Shown: positions 1-14,362 of the stretch, one piece after another
Numbering within the stretch: the first letter of the stretch is position 1
How the letters are laid out: every line of letters starts with the position of its first letter
Origin: Auanema rhodensis
Taxonomy: Eukaryota; Animalia; Nematoda
NCBI GenBank assembly: GCA_964057225.1
Contig: OZ059899.1
Span: forward strand, 5,766,001 to 5,830,000
Length of the DNA stretch: 64,000 bases
Reading direction: 5' to 3'
Position numbers and translations under genes: made by a program
The notes under the pieces: generated by a model
The model's database searches: none
Told to the model about the DNA's origin: nothing
Seen by the model: only the letters and a program-made list of their open reading frames with translations

Positions 1-67
1 CACAATTTTCTTATATCGTTTAATAATAAATTAATTATTTTGAGTTTTAGCTAATTCTTCATTGAAA

Positions 68-1155
68 ATGCAGCGTTCACTTCTCGCTCTCTTAATTTTG
101 TCTACTGCTATTGATATCAGCTTGGCATGTTTCGCATCTGGAGTATGCGGAGGAGGATGTCCACCACCTCCACCACCTGTATGTCACGGAGGTTAGCTAG
201 ATCTTTTACTATTATTCACAAATATTATATTATCTACAGGATGCGGATCTGGATACGGTTGCGGGCAGTATGGGTGTTATCGCATGAGAGCTAGAGCTCG
301 TTCTGCCAAGACATTGTCATTCCACGAAACTGAAGAAATTGAAGTAATACAGACATTTTGAATATAATTTGTTAATTATGGCATTTAAGGGACCAAAGAC
401 ACCTGATGAGAAATTCATGCAGTGTTGTATTGACCGCGATCTCCCAGATTCTTGCTTGAGCAAGTGTTCTTTCCGCTCTTATACCAAGACTTCTTTACAG
501 GTAAATCTATATAAATCAAGTGTCAAATGTTTCAAAAAGTCTTTGAATCATCTAACCTTCTAAATGACCGAGAAAAAATATCGCTTATTTGATCTCAAGG
601 TTAACCGGTATATCGAGACTGCAATTGCCCGAAGGCATTGTTGTATTCTCTGATAGTTTAAAGGATACACTAACAAACCTGTTTTGATAACACAACAAAA
701 ATATACATAATTAATTATTTATAGGCTATGTATTTCAAACAAGATAGCTGTCCAATGCAAGCTGCTGCTGATATCCATTTCTGTGCTGCTCAAGGAAGAG
801 ATCATACTGATTGCTGCTACAGAAATGGTGTTACCACTACTTTGGCTGGATCCAAGGTAAATTTTAGAAGACCAAACATCTTAATGAAACCAACTAGCTT
901 TAGAACTAGCAATTGAAAATAATATATTTGTTTCAGTGCATGACATTCTGTGATCAACGTCCAGGAAACGTTACCAAGCTCGACCTAACTTACTTGGCTT
1001 GCTACGATCGTTTTGATAACATGAAAGCTTGTTTCTGGCAAGACATTAACGCTGAAGAGCAGCCAGAACTCTCTTTCTCAAATGATGAAGTTGAGCCAGC
1101 AAAGCCTCGCCGCTTAGCTTCTGCTCGTACTTTCAATGCTAAGACATTCAATTAG
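68..1155 (+). CDS. Secreted nematode DB-module (Cys-rich) protein, 5 exons
   Basis: ATG at 68 after TTTTAG; signal peptide MQRSLLALLILSTAIDISLA; Gly/Cys/Pro-rich linker; then PDEKFMQCC..C..KCSF..C..HFCAAQGRDHTDCC..NGV..C..FC..CY..MKACF, the DB-module Cys pattern. Exons join across GT-AG introns. Confidence 0.85.
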
Positions 1156-3930
1156 GATTGAGAAGACACGCCGAGTAATTGTATTGGTTGTATATTTGTG
1201 AAAATGTTGTAAATAAGGTAGCAGATAAACATTGATTCGCCCACTATTCTCTTGAATTTTTTCTAATTTCCAGCATAGAAAGATAGAGCCGAAACAAAAT
1301 CAACTTCATTCTACTTATATTTGTCTTTCCTATTCATCTTAGAAACAATTAATCTTGAGATGTTATTGATGCTATTTCTTTTTCATGTTGAAGGTTTCAT
1401 TAAGTATTTTCGTTATGATTGGAAAAATTATTAAATGTGTCAATTTACGGTTTGATTACAATATTTGTTGATAGTTTATATTCAAGAAAGTACAACCGAT
1501 TTGCTTTTGAAAAAATAATAAATAAAAATTTTAAGTTGATAAGGTAAAAAGTTAAAAAGTTGTTTATCAAATTAAATTTTTTTCATGAATATGACATTTA
1601 AAGGAATCTCATCTTGAATATATCTGAAAATTCTTGTTTCTTAACTTTTAGTTTCTTCATTTAGATATGTTCCATCTCGATTTAATAACCTAACATATTA
1701 CTTTTAGAGGATCAAAAATTATTTTAAATTTATGAAAAAAAAATTTTATGGAGAAGTCTGGCTTACGACTAAAAATTACGTCAATAACACTTGTGTGTTC
1801 TTGTTGGATGCAAATCTAATCAAAAAATTTTGAGTCTAAGTATTCCTACTAATTTCTGAAAACCCAGGAATAAACGATTTTTATATTGATAACCGATAGA
1901 GCAACATACATATTCAATATATTAATATAATATTTATAGAAAGCTATAGTTTTTGTATCTTGTTCCGTGTTCTTTTTTTTTTTTAAAAAAAAACATCACA
2001 AATGATACACATATCTCATTTTAAAAAGGATGTTTGCCAGATAAGTTTGAGCTCCTGCCACTTAAAATTAGTAACCGTATTATTTCTGCTTGTTTTTAGG
2101 TTAATCGATTATATAAACAATTTTCAGAAAAGTTAAAAGTAATACGATCCTTTATCCGATTAGTGTAACGAAACCACTAAAGTCAACATGAATACTTGCA
2201 AGATTTTGCTTAACTGTTACTTTCAGTTAATATTAATATTAAAGCCAGATATCTATATTATATATCTAATGTACTTCCTATTTTGAAATGTATTTGATGC
2301 TTCTTTTCGGTTGTCGTATTGATTGTTCTTTTTTAAAATGCTCATCATCGTCTATATCGTTGTTCATGTCCTCTCCATCGATTTCTCTTACTAAGCATCA
2401 AACATTTTAAGTTAAATGATGAATCAAGTGCTTAGTAAAAGAAAGAAAACAATCACAACAGATTTGTTCCGTTGCCTACTAAGAATGTAACAGAAATATA
2501 TGACAAGTATCGAAAACTACTATTGACTATTATCCAATGTAATCCTTGTTGAATAGAATAGATATAATTTTAGAAGCATCTGCCGATGCTTAGTTCAATC
2601 CTTCGTTTGAAATATGTTGAAATCCATTAAAAAGCCCCAAACAACAAAGAAGATGGAGAGACAGCGTGACGGAAGGCACAACGCGACCTGAATTCGATAA
2701 CGCTGATAATGAAGGAGATAAAGATTTGCAAAAGAATTTCGACAACTCTGTGACATCAACATGCCAGTTAACCAGAACTTTTTTCTTCTCCACAATCAAG
2801 TATCCAGTGGCCAAACTGCTCGGAGCAGTTCCTATAATAGTCTAAACGTTTTCTATGGAAACGAAATTCCTTTGTGATGTTCCGAAATGGCTATTGAATA
2901 TTCAGTTGCTGAGAAAAATGGTGGGATCGAAGGGTAGAACTCCTCCCTTACTCTGCCTCTTTCTCAGCCTCTCTTTTCTCGCGTTTATATTTCTTCCCTG
3001 CCTTTCCCTCTTCTCCAAAACGAAGAAATAGTAAAAAAAAAGAGATGATGACGAAGAAAGGGAAAGAACTTTTTGCGACAACATTTTGTTTCACGCAGTC
3101 GTATGGGTCCCTTACAGAAAAATTGATCAGATTTCTGATTAACAGAAGCATTATATTTGATTAGTGAGAGCATCTTTAGATATTGTTGACCTTTTTAATT
3201 TATCGGTTACGTGCTTTCACCTTCGTTTACCTCATCTATGATATTGTTAGAAGAAAATGTCAGTGAGATCAAATGAAAGAGAATTACTATTTGTGTCATG
3301 GCTTTTCTCTTATTGCGATCCTTCTCTACTTCTTTTCGACCTCAAATTGTTCAGAATCGTATTAAACTTTTTTATTCTCTTATCAACATATGCATTGTGT
3401 GAATATCATGACATAATGGGGACATTAGCACCAAATGAATTGCTACTTTTAGATTAAAGTGTTTATATTTACATATATAGAACTGAAAATGTTTATAATA
3501 CTACCCATCTAATCTTCAAATTGATCATATTTTTAGAGAAAACATTTAAGCTGTTTCTTTTAATCTAATGTGTTGAACCCATTTTGCAAAATTGGAGCAT
3601 CGTGCCCTGCGTTTACACATTGGTTAGCCCCTATCGACATAGCTAATCTCGCAGAAGCTCCGCCTTTTTTGAGCTTTCTATCAACTTTAAAGCATTTTAT
3701 TATTTTTTTTTGCTTTGATTTTGTATTTAACTATTCATAGATTATATTGCCACTTTCACTTGCCACACTCACTCCTAATCCTCCGTTTTGATTATCAGTT
3801 TGCTTCTCTTTTCTGATAACCTTCATAACGAAGAAGGTACTGGACCCATCATTTATGCATTTTTCTCTTAATGATTGATTCATTGTCCGACTATGTTTTA
3901 AACTCGTTTGTGATTCTGTTTTAATTCTAG

Positions 3931-6900
3931 GGATAGTGCGTGGAGATCACACTCCTGCCTAAATAGTCTGGTTTCCGTGGAATGCGCCTCGGTTCTCCTC
4001 CTTTCTGGTCAGTAAGAAGTGTCTCTTTTCTGTAATGCTCAGAATATTTTTAAGGATTTATGCTCTGCTTTCCGTTTCTCTACTAAACGATAGACCTGGG
4101 GCTTTGGTTCTTGCTGCTCCTCCGGAAGGAGAGGTAATTTGCTTTTTCTAATTAAAAAGCTATATTTTAACTTAATTTGTTTCACTCTCTTTCATTCGAA
4201 CGAATATATTTTTTTCCGTTGTTGAAGATTACAGCTTTATTTTTTGTTTTAGTATTATATTTGAAAACTTGATATACATGCGTATTGCTCACCTTTTTAG
4301 CCTCTGGAGGAAGCTCCAGCTTCCGGAGCTCGAACTGTAGAAAAAATACCAAGTATAGCAGGATGTAGAATAGAACCTATATCTTTGGCAGATGACAGCT
4401 TTCATGGCTATACGTAAGTACATTAATTGTGTTTGATATGGAATATTGTTTTTAAGTATCAAGGGAGCGAGTATTGTAGCACCAAGTACAACAGTGCAAG
4501 TTGTTATTTTTGGGTACTGGTTAGATGAATTAAGCTCAGTAAGTGTGTTGGAATTTTTTATTAATAAGATATGTCTTCAGATTTCTTTTATACCTTCCGC
4601 ACTAAGTGTGGCTAATTGTTCTCAAAGAGCTGAAGAGCTTACATTTTCCCATACCGATTTTGTTATTCAAACCGATAAAAGAATGATGGTTTCTGTATCG
4701 TTTCCTCCGTATGTCATACTATATTCTAAGAATTTGTACATTTATGGTATTTAGAACTGATCCTGGAAGCGCTTATCATTTATGTATGCAAAGCAGATCT
4801 AAGTTCGGAGTCCCAAATGAATTCCATGAGGTTGTTCATTTACATATTTACTAGTATTACATATATTAATTTAGATTTCTGATACTCGCACTTGGATTAC
4901 GACAGAGCTACCTGACCGTGTGTATTATTTTCCATTCCCTATTCAAGTTATTTATGCTAATTAGAAAAAAAACTAAATTTTTCAATTTCAGGTTGTAGTT
5001 ATAGCTGCTCTGTTGGTTCTTTCTGGCCTTTTTTCGGGTCTAAATCTGGGCCTCATGTCGTTGACACCACAAGAATTGATGCTTATTCAAAAATCGGGTT
5101 TGTTCACATTTTGATTTAAAATTTCATAATAGTAACATTTTGCTCCGTTATATATAAGCTCTATTGACTACTGTAAAATTTATGATTGCTATGATTGATT
5201 GCATTAAAGGTTCAAAATCGGAAAGACGTTACGCTGAAATTATCTTGCCCGTTCGTGAAAGAGGGAATTTGCTGCTCTGTTCGCTACTGATAGGCATGTT
5301 TCTAGTACACAGTCATATTCTTTATCAATCTCATTTTGTTAAGGAAATGTATTGGTTAATTCTGGTATTTCGATCTTATTGGATGATCTCACGTCAGGAT
5401 ATGTCGCTTTGATAGGTGCCTCCGCTGGTATTGTAGTATTCGGAGAAATATTCCCTCAAAGTCTTTGTGTTAAGTAATAACTTTCTGATAGTTTACCAAT
5501 GTTCAATCGTTTATTTTTAAGAAAAGGATTAGCTGTTGGTGCCCACACTATTTGGGTTACTCGTTTTTTCATTGTTCTTACTTTCCCTGTAGCTTATCCT
5601 ATATCTAAAATTCTGGATGTAATATTGGGAGAAGAAGTAACCTCCTATGATCGTAGACGATTGATGGAGTTGATAAAAATGTCGAACAACGATGGACTTC
5701 AGGTGAGTGTTTTCATTTTTTTTTGTCATTTTCATGTTTCCCGAGTTCAGGAAGAATTAAAAATTGCTGTAGGAGCTATGGAGATAAGTGATAAAACTGT
5801 ATTAGATGTTATGACTAAGATTGATGTAAGAAGCATTTACAGTTTTATTTCTTAATTTCTATGTTTAGGATGTTTTTATGTTACCGTATACAACTGTACT
5901 CAACACTAAAACAGTTGCCGAAATCCTGCGTATGGGTTATACACGTATTCCTGTATTCTCCGGTAAAATTTAGTTTTGAATTTTGTGATATGTATAATTA
6001 ACAATATAGGAGATCGCAACAGTGTTGTTTCTCTTTTGTTTGTGAAAGATCTAGCTCTTTTGGACCCAGATGACAATTTTACAATTCAAACCGTATGTGG
6101 TTACCATCAACACCCTCTTCGATTTGTAATGGAAGACACTCCACTTCGTGTTATGTTAGAGGAATTTAAAAAGGTTTTATTTCTCAAACAAAACTTTCTT
6201 TTAATACAAATTTTGAATAGGGAGACTACCATTTGGCTATGGTACAACGCATAGCTATAAAAGAAGATGCTGATCCTCATTATGAACTAGTTGGAGTTGT
6301 TACTTTAGAGGATATTGTCGAAGAGATTCTGCAGGTTTGTATAAATGTTCACCACTATTTTGCAATTCATGGCATTTAGGCAGAAATAGTTGATGAAACC
6401 GATGCTGTTATGGATAATGTGCATCGAACAAGAAGACGGGGAGCTCAGGTATAATATATTTTTTTTCAAAATCCTTTGATTATCTCAAACCCAATGGCAG
6501 TAGTTTATAATTCAACGCGTATGTTCGATTTTTTAACAATGACCAAGGCTGCTCTCTATTTTTCTTGTTTGCTCTCTCTATATTTGTCATTTTTGAAGCG
6601 AATTGTCACTATTTTATGAAAGTTGAATAGAAAATTTCATTACAAGGTGTTTCTGAAAAGCGCTAATAGTTGGAAAGTGTCATCCAGTATGATTTATGTC
6701 CTTCTAGCGCCGTCCTTTTACGCTTGAGTGTGTGAAGCATTCTACTTGAACAGATTCTTTAATTCGTTTCTAGATTTCCCTTATTGCTCAGCTCCATAAA
6801 TTATTTCCCATCACATGCTCTATTGCAAGTCTGATGAATGTGTGAGAGATACAACAGGACTGAGTTCCTCCCCTTTCCTCATTCTGCTGTCTCAGACTGC

Positions 6901-9565
6901 TTAGCTCCACCCCTTGAAGCTATCCGTATCTCCCGACTTACACACTCATTCTTATACATACACATACACAAAGTCTTCGTTGTTTCTCGTATCAGCATCA
7001 AATTCGCTGCTCTTCGCAAATTTTACCGCTAAATCCCTCAACTTGTTTCCCCTGTTCACATTAAGCGTACCTGCTTTCTGTTACTTTTATTATTTTGTCG
7101 CCCAGAAATCATCGAGGAGCATCATATTTCCACGTGCTTACTCAGAGATATGCTACGACCACCACAGCTGACATCGAGCGGCTCCCCTAGAACCATCCGC
7201 GAAGTTTCCTTTGTTTCGTTGCGGGAAGAAGTTGTCAGCCATTCTGTGACTCCAAGACCGTCAACGAAAGTTCATTCAACGTGGTGTCATTACTTTTCCT
7301 TCCTCCTAGTCCTCATCATAGTATCCTTATCATCTATGTATTTACTAATTTTGATGAAGACTCATTTATAATTTATTCAAATCGTGCATCACAAGGGTTG
7401 GCTTAATGTGAGTTCTTAAACTTATAGCTTCTCATTTTAAAAATATTGATCTCTCAAGTCATACTTGAGAACTCTTTGCAATCATAAAATTAAACTGAAT
7501 GACCTTTTTGGCTTTCCTCTTAAACTTGTCTAAGATATTGCTTATTCGTGTTTCGAAAATTTTGCGTCGCATTACCAAGTGGGCAGCGGAACTAGAGTAC
7601 TATAGTCTAAACCAGAAAGAATTATGGCATTTGAAAAGATTTTCTAATGCTTAAGCTAATCTTTCATATCGTATTTTAGGCCCGTGACATTAGTTCTCTT
7701 GTGGAAGCGGAAGAACCTTCCCGAGTTATAAGCGTCCAAATGCTTTTGGTAACTATGCAGTGGCTAACTAGTAATCATAGGTAATCAAGCTTAGAGCCTC
7801 ATTTTATTTTTCTGTTCTATGTTTTAGAGCATTCCATCAGGATATGATTAGTCAGACAGTTTTGGAACGTTTGATTCGACAGCATTGCCGTAAAGTATGT
7901 GAAAATTAATTTGCTGTTTTAATCAAGATATTCAGGTGGAACTATCTCATCTACCGGATATGTATGATAGTAAAACTGTGATCCCCAGAACTGCTAAGCT
8001 CTACACTAAGCAGGATTATACGGATAAATTCATTCTTATTCTCGAAGGAAGAGCTATGGTTACGATTGGACAGGTTTCTTTCATTATTATTTAAAAGTTT
8101 TATTGGAGCATTTTTTTAAAGGATGCTATGACGTTTGAAGCTGGGCCATGGCATGCTTTCGGAACGGAAATGTTAGAACGTCTTGTTGAACAAAGCGAGC
8201 TTGATTCTTCGAAAGACAAGGAAAATATTTCTTCTAGAAGTTCTCTCAATGCTGCCGGAGATATATCTAAGGTATTATATTAATTCTTCGAAAGAAAATA
8301 TTATCAACATCTAGACTGGTAAAGTTGGATTTATCCCTGACTTCTCTGTTGTTGTTCGTGACGAGTGTACTTTCCTAGAGGTTACAGCTCAAAGCTGGAT
8401 GTTAGCTTACCGTAGTACTTTAATGAGTCGCGGTGGTCACAGGTACGAGTTTTCACAAAAATTTTGTCCTCAGCACATTTAATAATTTGTTCCAAGTGGT
8501 GTTTCTTTCAACCTTATCTTATTTCTAACCTCTTCCCTGCATGTTTCCTGTCGTTCAGCAAATGGTTGTTAGTCCCTGACGCAGTATCGAAGAACGGGTT
8601 CCATCGAAGCTACACGGACGGACATGCTCTATGCTTCAGAGCTCTTCTTAATTCTCAGTCCTGGCCAGAAGTCGCTGACAACGAGTACTAAGCATAATTT
8701 GTCTTTGTCAAGATATTATGTTAGCGTTGTATTTATTGTTTTTTACTTTTAGTAATATTTTTTCCTTAACCGTTTATGTTGACTTCTATCTGTTGAGTGT
8801 GATTGCGCGTTTTAGTATTGCGGCTTTTTTGAATTTGAAACTCTGTTGCACTGTTATTCGTTGTTTTTAGTTTTTGTTAATTTAAGAAAAAAAGAAACAT
8901 GCTTCACTTACTTTCTTCCCTTAACCAACTAAGATCTCCCGCTTTTATATATATGCATTTTCCGTGTATTTTATGATTAATTTAGGCCTTCTATGCTTGT
9001 GAATGACACACACCTAGGAGAAAGAACATTATCTCGTGGAAGTTTGAATGAAGCTAAAGCTACACTCATTTCGCCAAAGGTTTGTTAACTTCTTTCTGCC
9101 TTTTTTTGTCTGTACTTTGGCCCACTTTGAAAGCCTTCGAAAATATATTTTTGATATATCTTCAGCAGCTCAACACGCGCTTGCATTGTCGGCGCGGTAC
9201 AACTTGGTTGTAGGTTAATTTTAGTAGAAAAGTTTGTTGAGTATTTTCTGTGCTTTGTACTTGTAATAGATTTGAATAATTTGTTTTTTGATTTGGATTT
9301 TTTGAAATCTGAGAGATGTTGATGAACGTTCATTGCATTTAGAGTGCTTGTTTTGTAATGAAGCCTGTAAATGTTTGCAATAGCCCTGCCTTTTCCAGCT
9401 TAATATTAAGATTAATTCATTTTTTTTCAGGTAAATACTAACTATAGAAACTGCAAAAATCGATCGTGCAGTGAATCTGAACATCTTGAACTTCTTCCTC
9501 AAGCTAACGGAGCTCAATTATCCGGGTCACCCTTGTCGGATCGTTCTGTCATATCACAGATGTGA
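3931..9565 (+). CDS. cnnm-3: CNNM-family metal (Mg2+) transporter: DUF21 TM domain, CBS pair, cNMP-binding homology domain; 5' start unresolved
   Basis: Spliced motifs [107 protein letters not shown]. Last exon 9431-9565 ends SVISQM*. Paralog number rests on recalled C. elegans linkage to rsef-1/ceh-30, not on phylogeny. No clean initiator ATG was found for the first exons. Confidence 0.88.
7150..7371 (+). CDS. Possible nested small ORF (73 aa, C-terminal hydrophobic helix) in the long cnnm intron
   Basis: ORF ends [26 protein letters not shown]; pyrimidine tract + CAG acceptor at 7105; locally higher GC than the surrounding intron. No homology recognised. Confidence 0.35.
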   Translation: MLRPPQLTSSGSPRTIREVSFVSLREEVVSHSVTPRPSTKVHSTWCHYFSFLLVLIIVSLSSMYLLILMKTHL

Positions 9566-10130
9566 AGTGGGAAGTGAGGTGCTTAAGTTGATTAGTTTTA
9601 CATATAATTCGTGTCTTCAAAACGTCATAAGCTCAAAATTTCACTAAACTAATTTTGCTTACAACTGCCTTTTTTGACATCCCAGGTGAATAATTATAGA
9701 ATTTAAGAATAGAATTCATGCTCCAATTCGTTTTTTTTTTGTTTTCAATCTTCTATGAGAAATGCTAATATTATAATAATGTAGTGCCTTCACTATTCCG
9801 ATTGTGACCTTATTACCTATTCACAAAGTATTTTATGTGCCATTCCCTATAGCTCTATAGTTTCCTCTAAAGGTGCATTCCTTTATTTTAAATTTATCAC
9901 TTCTTTTCTTCTCTCGGAACTCAGATTTTAATTGTGTCTAGTCATCTAAGCTTCTGAAAGTTTTAATCTAAGTGCTTTTATTTTCCTGACAGTCTTTATA
10001 AATTTGCTAATTTTAATAGTTTATTGGTGTATATTCAGTCATAGCAGATTTTATTTGTATTCGCATTGAATATTTGGTAGATTCTTGATTGAACATTTAT
10101 TCATTCACTACTATTTTTCTATTTATTGAA

Positions 10131-13100
10131 CTAGCTTTTACATCTAGAGAAACATCCACCATTTTGCTTTGGTCTTGGGGATAGTATAACTGCACTTGAA
10201 CGAATTTCAACATCTTCTACTGCCATTAATTCCCTAAAACAAAGATAGCGTTATTACTGTGACAAGAATATTAAAACGGCCAAAACTAAACATTTAAGAT
10301 TTACCTGGCCAGTGTGAGCACTGCTGGTTCAATATTACTTCCGTTCAGAGCACTGGTTTCTATGAATAGAATTCCCATAGCCTGGAAAAATGTGTAAAGT
10401 TTCTGTTAAAACATCGCGGAGGCCCAAGACTACCCTGTTTCTCGAACTAGCAACAATATTTCAAACTTACAGCTGCCATGGCCGCTCCATCACTTGTAGG
10501 AACTCCATCTTTGCCGGATAAACCGCGAAGATCCGTCTTATTCCCCACAAGAATAACGGGAATGGAACGTTCAACTGATTCCTGTTTGAAAATATTCTCA
10601 AATGAAGTTTTAGGCCAAAATAGTTGTTGATCTAGAGAAAACTAAATATACTTGCCCCGCTCAGCCCTGGATGACACATCATTTTCGGCTGGAGGGAAGT
10701 TGGAAGAGAAAGGAATAAAATGAGAGCCGGAAAACGTCCCAGATGATTTGTAAAGAAGAAAAATGGCACAAGTGATGAACTGGATCAGAAAAAAAGACTT
10801 TGAAATTTAGAAAAATTGTGGAGAAGATAGGTGATTGGTCAAGATTAAGACAGAAAGACCAAATGATTGAATATCTGAGAACTTTCTAAATCAATTTCAA
10901 TGTTTTTATGTTTCATAGACTCTCATGGGATGTTTATGAATTATACTCATGTCAAGTTTTGAGTAGTATAACCCAAAGTAAGTTTTTAGATGTTTGATGA
11001 AGAAGTTTGAAGATTTTGACAACAATTTATCTTTTATGATTTTAAAAAAAGTTTTTGCTTCAAATAAAATATATTGAACTTGATAACATTTTGTTTTATT
11101 AATTAATTTGTCCAATTTCTTTTATCAACTTATATAATTTCTTTAGAACATAGCATTTGAAAAGAATCTCATATTGGCTGAATAAATTTTCTCCAAAGAG
11201 ACGATTTATACGTAATCTGATTGAGAAAACAAAAGAAATCGTGAATGTTTTTAGCTTAGAGAATCAGTAAATGCTCTTGATTGTTGGCGTTTTGACTTAT
11301 TTTGAAATGCTACTTGCTACCAATCCATCTTCAACCTTTTTAATAATCTGTGAATTGATTATGGCAGATTTCAGAACAAATTGAAGATGTAAAAGCAGAA
11401 AGAAATCAAAACGTTGTTATGATTGGTGCAAAGTAATAGCATAAACCACTTACCTTAATAGTGTCTATCCAGTCACGAACTCTTAAAAAGGTTTGCTCTG
11501 CTGTCACATCATAGACCAAAATAGCTCCATCAGCTCTTCGAAAGTATGACTTGCAAAGGGATCGAAATCTAAAAAGTACACCATTAGTTATAGAAAAAGA
11601 AAACGAGAAAGTATATAAGGAAATATGAAATATATTGAACCTTTCCTGACCAGCAGTATCCCATAATTGTAATGCTACATTACGCCCATCAATATTAATT
11701 GTTTTAACATGAAAATCAACACCTAAAATAAAATATTATATATAATATATATGTGTTTATGTGTGTATCTTATATATGTTTTTCATTTTAATATATACAT
11801 ATATTAGTTGAAAACATAGTTTGCTATTCTCTGTTTCTACTTCTTCATCTTCTTCCGCTTCTAAAAGTCTAAGAAACAGACCTAAAGTACTTGGCAATTG
11901 ATTGGTATATTGTCCTTTGATTAATCTCATAACAATACTACTTTTTCCAACAGCAGCATCGCCACACATAACCACACGGAAGGTTCTTTCAGCTGGACCA
12001 TTTGCTTCATTGATTCCCTTAAAAAATCTTTTGTTCAATCTATCCTTCAGAAATCATCATCAAACCACTAAAGGCTCAATATCTCCCTTGGGATTTTCGT
12101 CTGCGACGATGTCAGCATCAATCGTCATCTGTAGCCCAACATCTTCTTCCGGGCTATTGTAATAGTGGGGAAGCATAGGTTGTGGAGTAGCAAGACGTTC
12201 CATTCCCATAGGTGTTTGCATAGGAGAAAATGAGCTTTCACGATGCATGGAGAAAACGGAAGGAGAAGGGGTTCTCTAAAATAAATTTCTATTTGAACCA
12301 TAATTTTAAATAAATATTTATAAAAACATATAAAGTTATATAATTATAAATATAATTATAATATAGTTATAACATTTTAATATTAAATAATTGAAGAATT
12401 AAAATATATTAATGTTATATTATATGAATATACTTATATCTATACATATAGTAATCTATTTTTGAAGAATATGTTTATATTATTGTTATGAACTTCCTAT
12501 CTTTCAATATAATGGGAAAAAATTATTTAGGAAAATTCCCATCTTTCGTTTCTTTTCATAACTACAATTGGTGAAAAATAGATATAATTTTAACTATTCT
12601 TTATAGCATTATTAAAAAAAAATACTCACAAGATTGAATTGCCGTAAGACTGAAGCTCGATTATCCAGAGCTTCTCGAAGACTTTCATTTGTTTCGTGTA
12701 GCTTTTTATTTGCTTCACTGTAATAAGATGCAAAATTAATAGATTATAACAAATAAATTAATAAATTATATTATAAATTAATATAAATTAAAAAGTTTTA
12801 AAAAAACATACAACATTAATTGTAATTGTTTATGTACTCCTTCAGTTTCTTCAGCTACATTAAATACTTCATCTGAATATTTAAATTAATTATATAATAT
12901 TTAATAAATGATTATTATTATTTTAAAATTATATTAAAGTTATAATAAATTTTTATTTGTAATTCTATAACAAGTTAGTCACCTTGATGTCGTTGTAACT
13001 CGTTCGCATTTCGCTCATAATCCGATCGGACATGTGCCAATTCGCTCTTAATCATCGCTAGTTCAAGATGATTTTCAGCCATGCTTTTTCGTAATTCGAA

Positions 13101-14362
13101 ATTTTCACTACTAACTTGCTGAAAGAGAGGGGAAAATATTTTTTAAATTGAAATATTTTATGTTTTCTTCCACAATATACCTTTAGCTTCTCCTGTAATT
13201 CTTTTTGATGACTCAGCTTTTCACCTTCTCTCTCTAACACTTTTTCCATTCTTTGAAGCCTTTCTATATTATTTCTCATTTCTTCCATTTCTGTTTCAAG
13301 TCTATCTCTCATTTCTTCTTTTTCTTTTGTCAACTTTTGTCTTTCCTGAGTATGAATAAGATATCTTCATTCTGATATTACTAATCAAACTTCTTCTCGA
13401 GCTTTCAAAGCTGCTATTGCCAGTTGATGATCAATTTCTGTTTCAACTTCTTCCATTCGTCGATTATACATTTCTCTTTCACTGAAATATATTAAATATA
13501 TAGATATACTTATTGAAATAGAGTATTTATTGAACAAACTTCTCATAAACATGTTGTAGCCTTGCATTTTCTGATGTTTTTTCCTTAAATTCCTTGTAAA
13601 ACGAGCTCACAACCTAAATATCTTTTAACCAAGTGTCCTACATAATCTAGAAAAGTCGACCAACTTTTTCAAATTTTCTCAACATCTGAGGCATCCCGGA
13701 ATTTTGTAATTGCTCATATAGTATAATAACTTCATCTTGGCTTAAAATTTATTTTGAGTTAAAGTTTGAAATTTCATGTTTTTACCAAGGAAGAGCAAAA
13801 TCAAGAGAAGCTCCTGTATCAGATTCTGAATGATAAACTTCATCATCTAATGCTCGAAATGGTTTTGGACGTGAAGTCTATAATCCGAAAATACGTATAA
13901 TCAGTGTGTTAACGAATTATAAGAGATACTGTAGATACCGTATACCTCAGCATCAGAGTCAAAAATCTCTTCTTGACCTCGTCGAAACCGTACATCTGTA
14001 TCCAGTGCACTGGCTCTACGATGCATACCATTTAATCCTATAAGTTTATTTTTATTATAAAATTAATTTTAAAAAATTGAATTTAACAAACAAAACCTTC
14101 GCTTTCTCCCTTCAATACAGCATCTTCAAATCCAACCAAAAATTCGCTTTTTTCAATAGTTCCTGAGCCATCTTTATCAAGTTGAGAAAATATGAAAGTA
14201 ATATCCTACAAATGAATTTATATTTTTGAAATTGAAATATTTAATTTTTACTTCTGCACTAAGTTGAGGACAAATTTTCGCTAGATCATCCTCAGTTAAA
14301 TAACCTTTATTAGCTGAATCACATTTTAAAAAAAGTTTTTCAACTTCAGCATTGGCCAGCAT
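10131..14362 (-). CDS. rsef-1: RASEF / Rab45 (EF-hands, coiled coil, Rab GTPase domain)
   Basis: N-terminal EF hand ([18 protein letters not shown]), Glu/Arg-rich coiled coil, G motifs [28 protein letters not shown]; ends GGCFSRCKS* at 10131. Confidence 0.92.
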
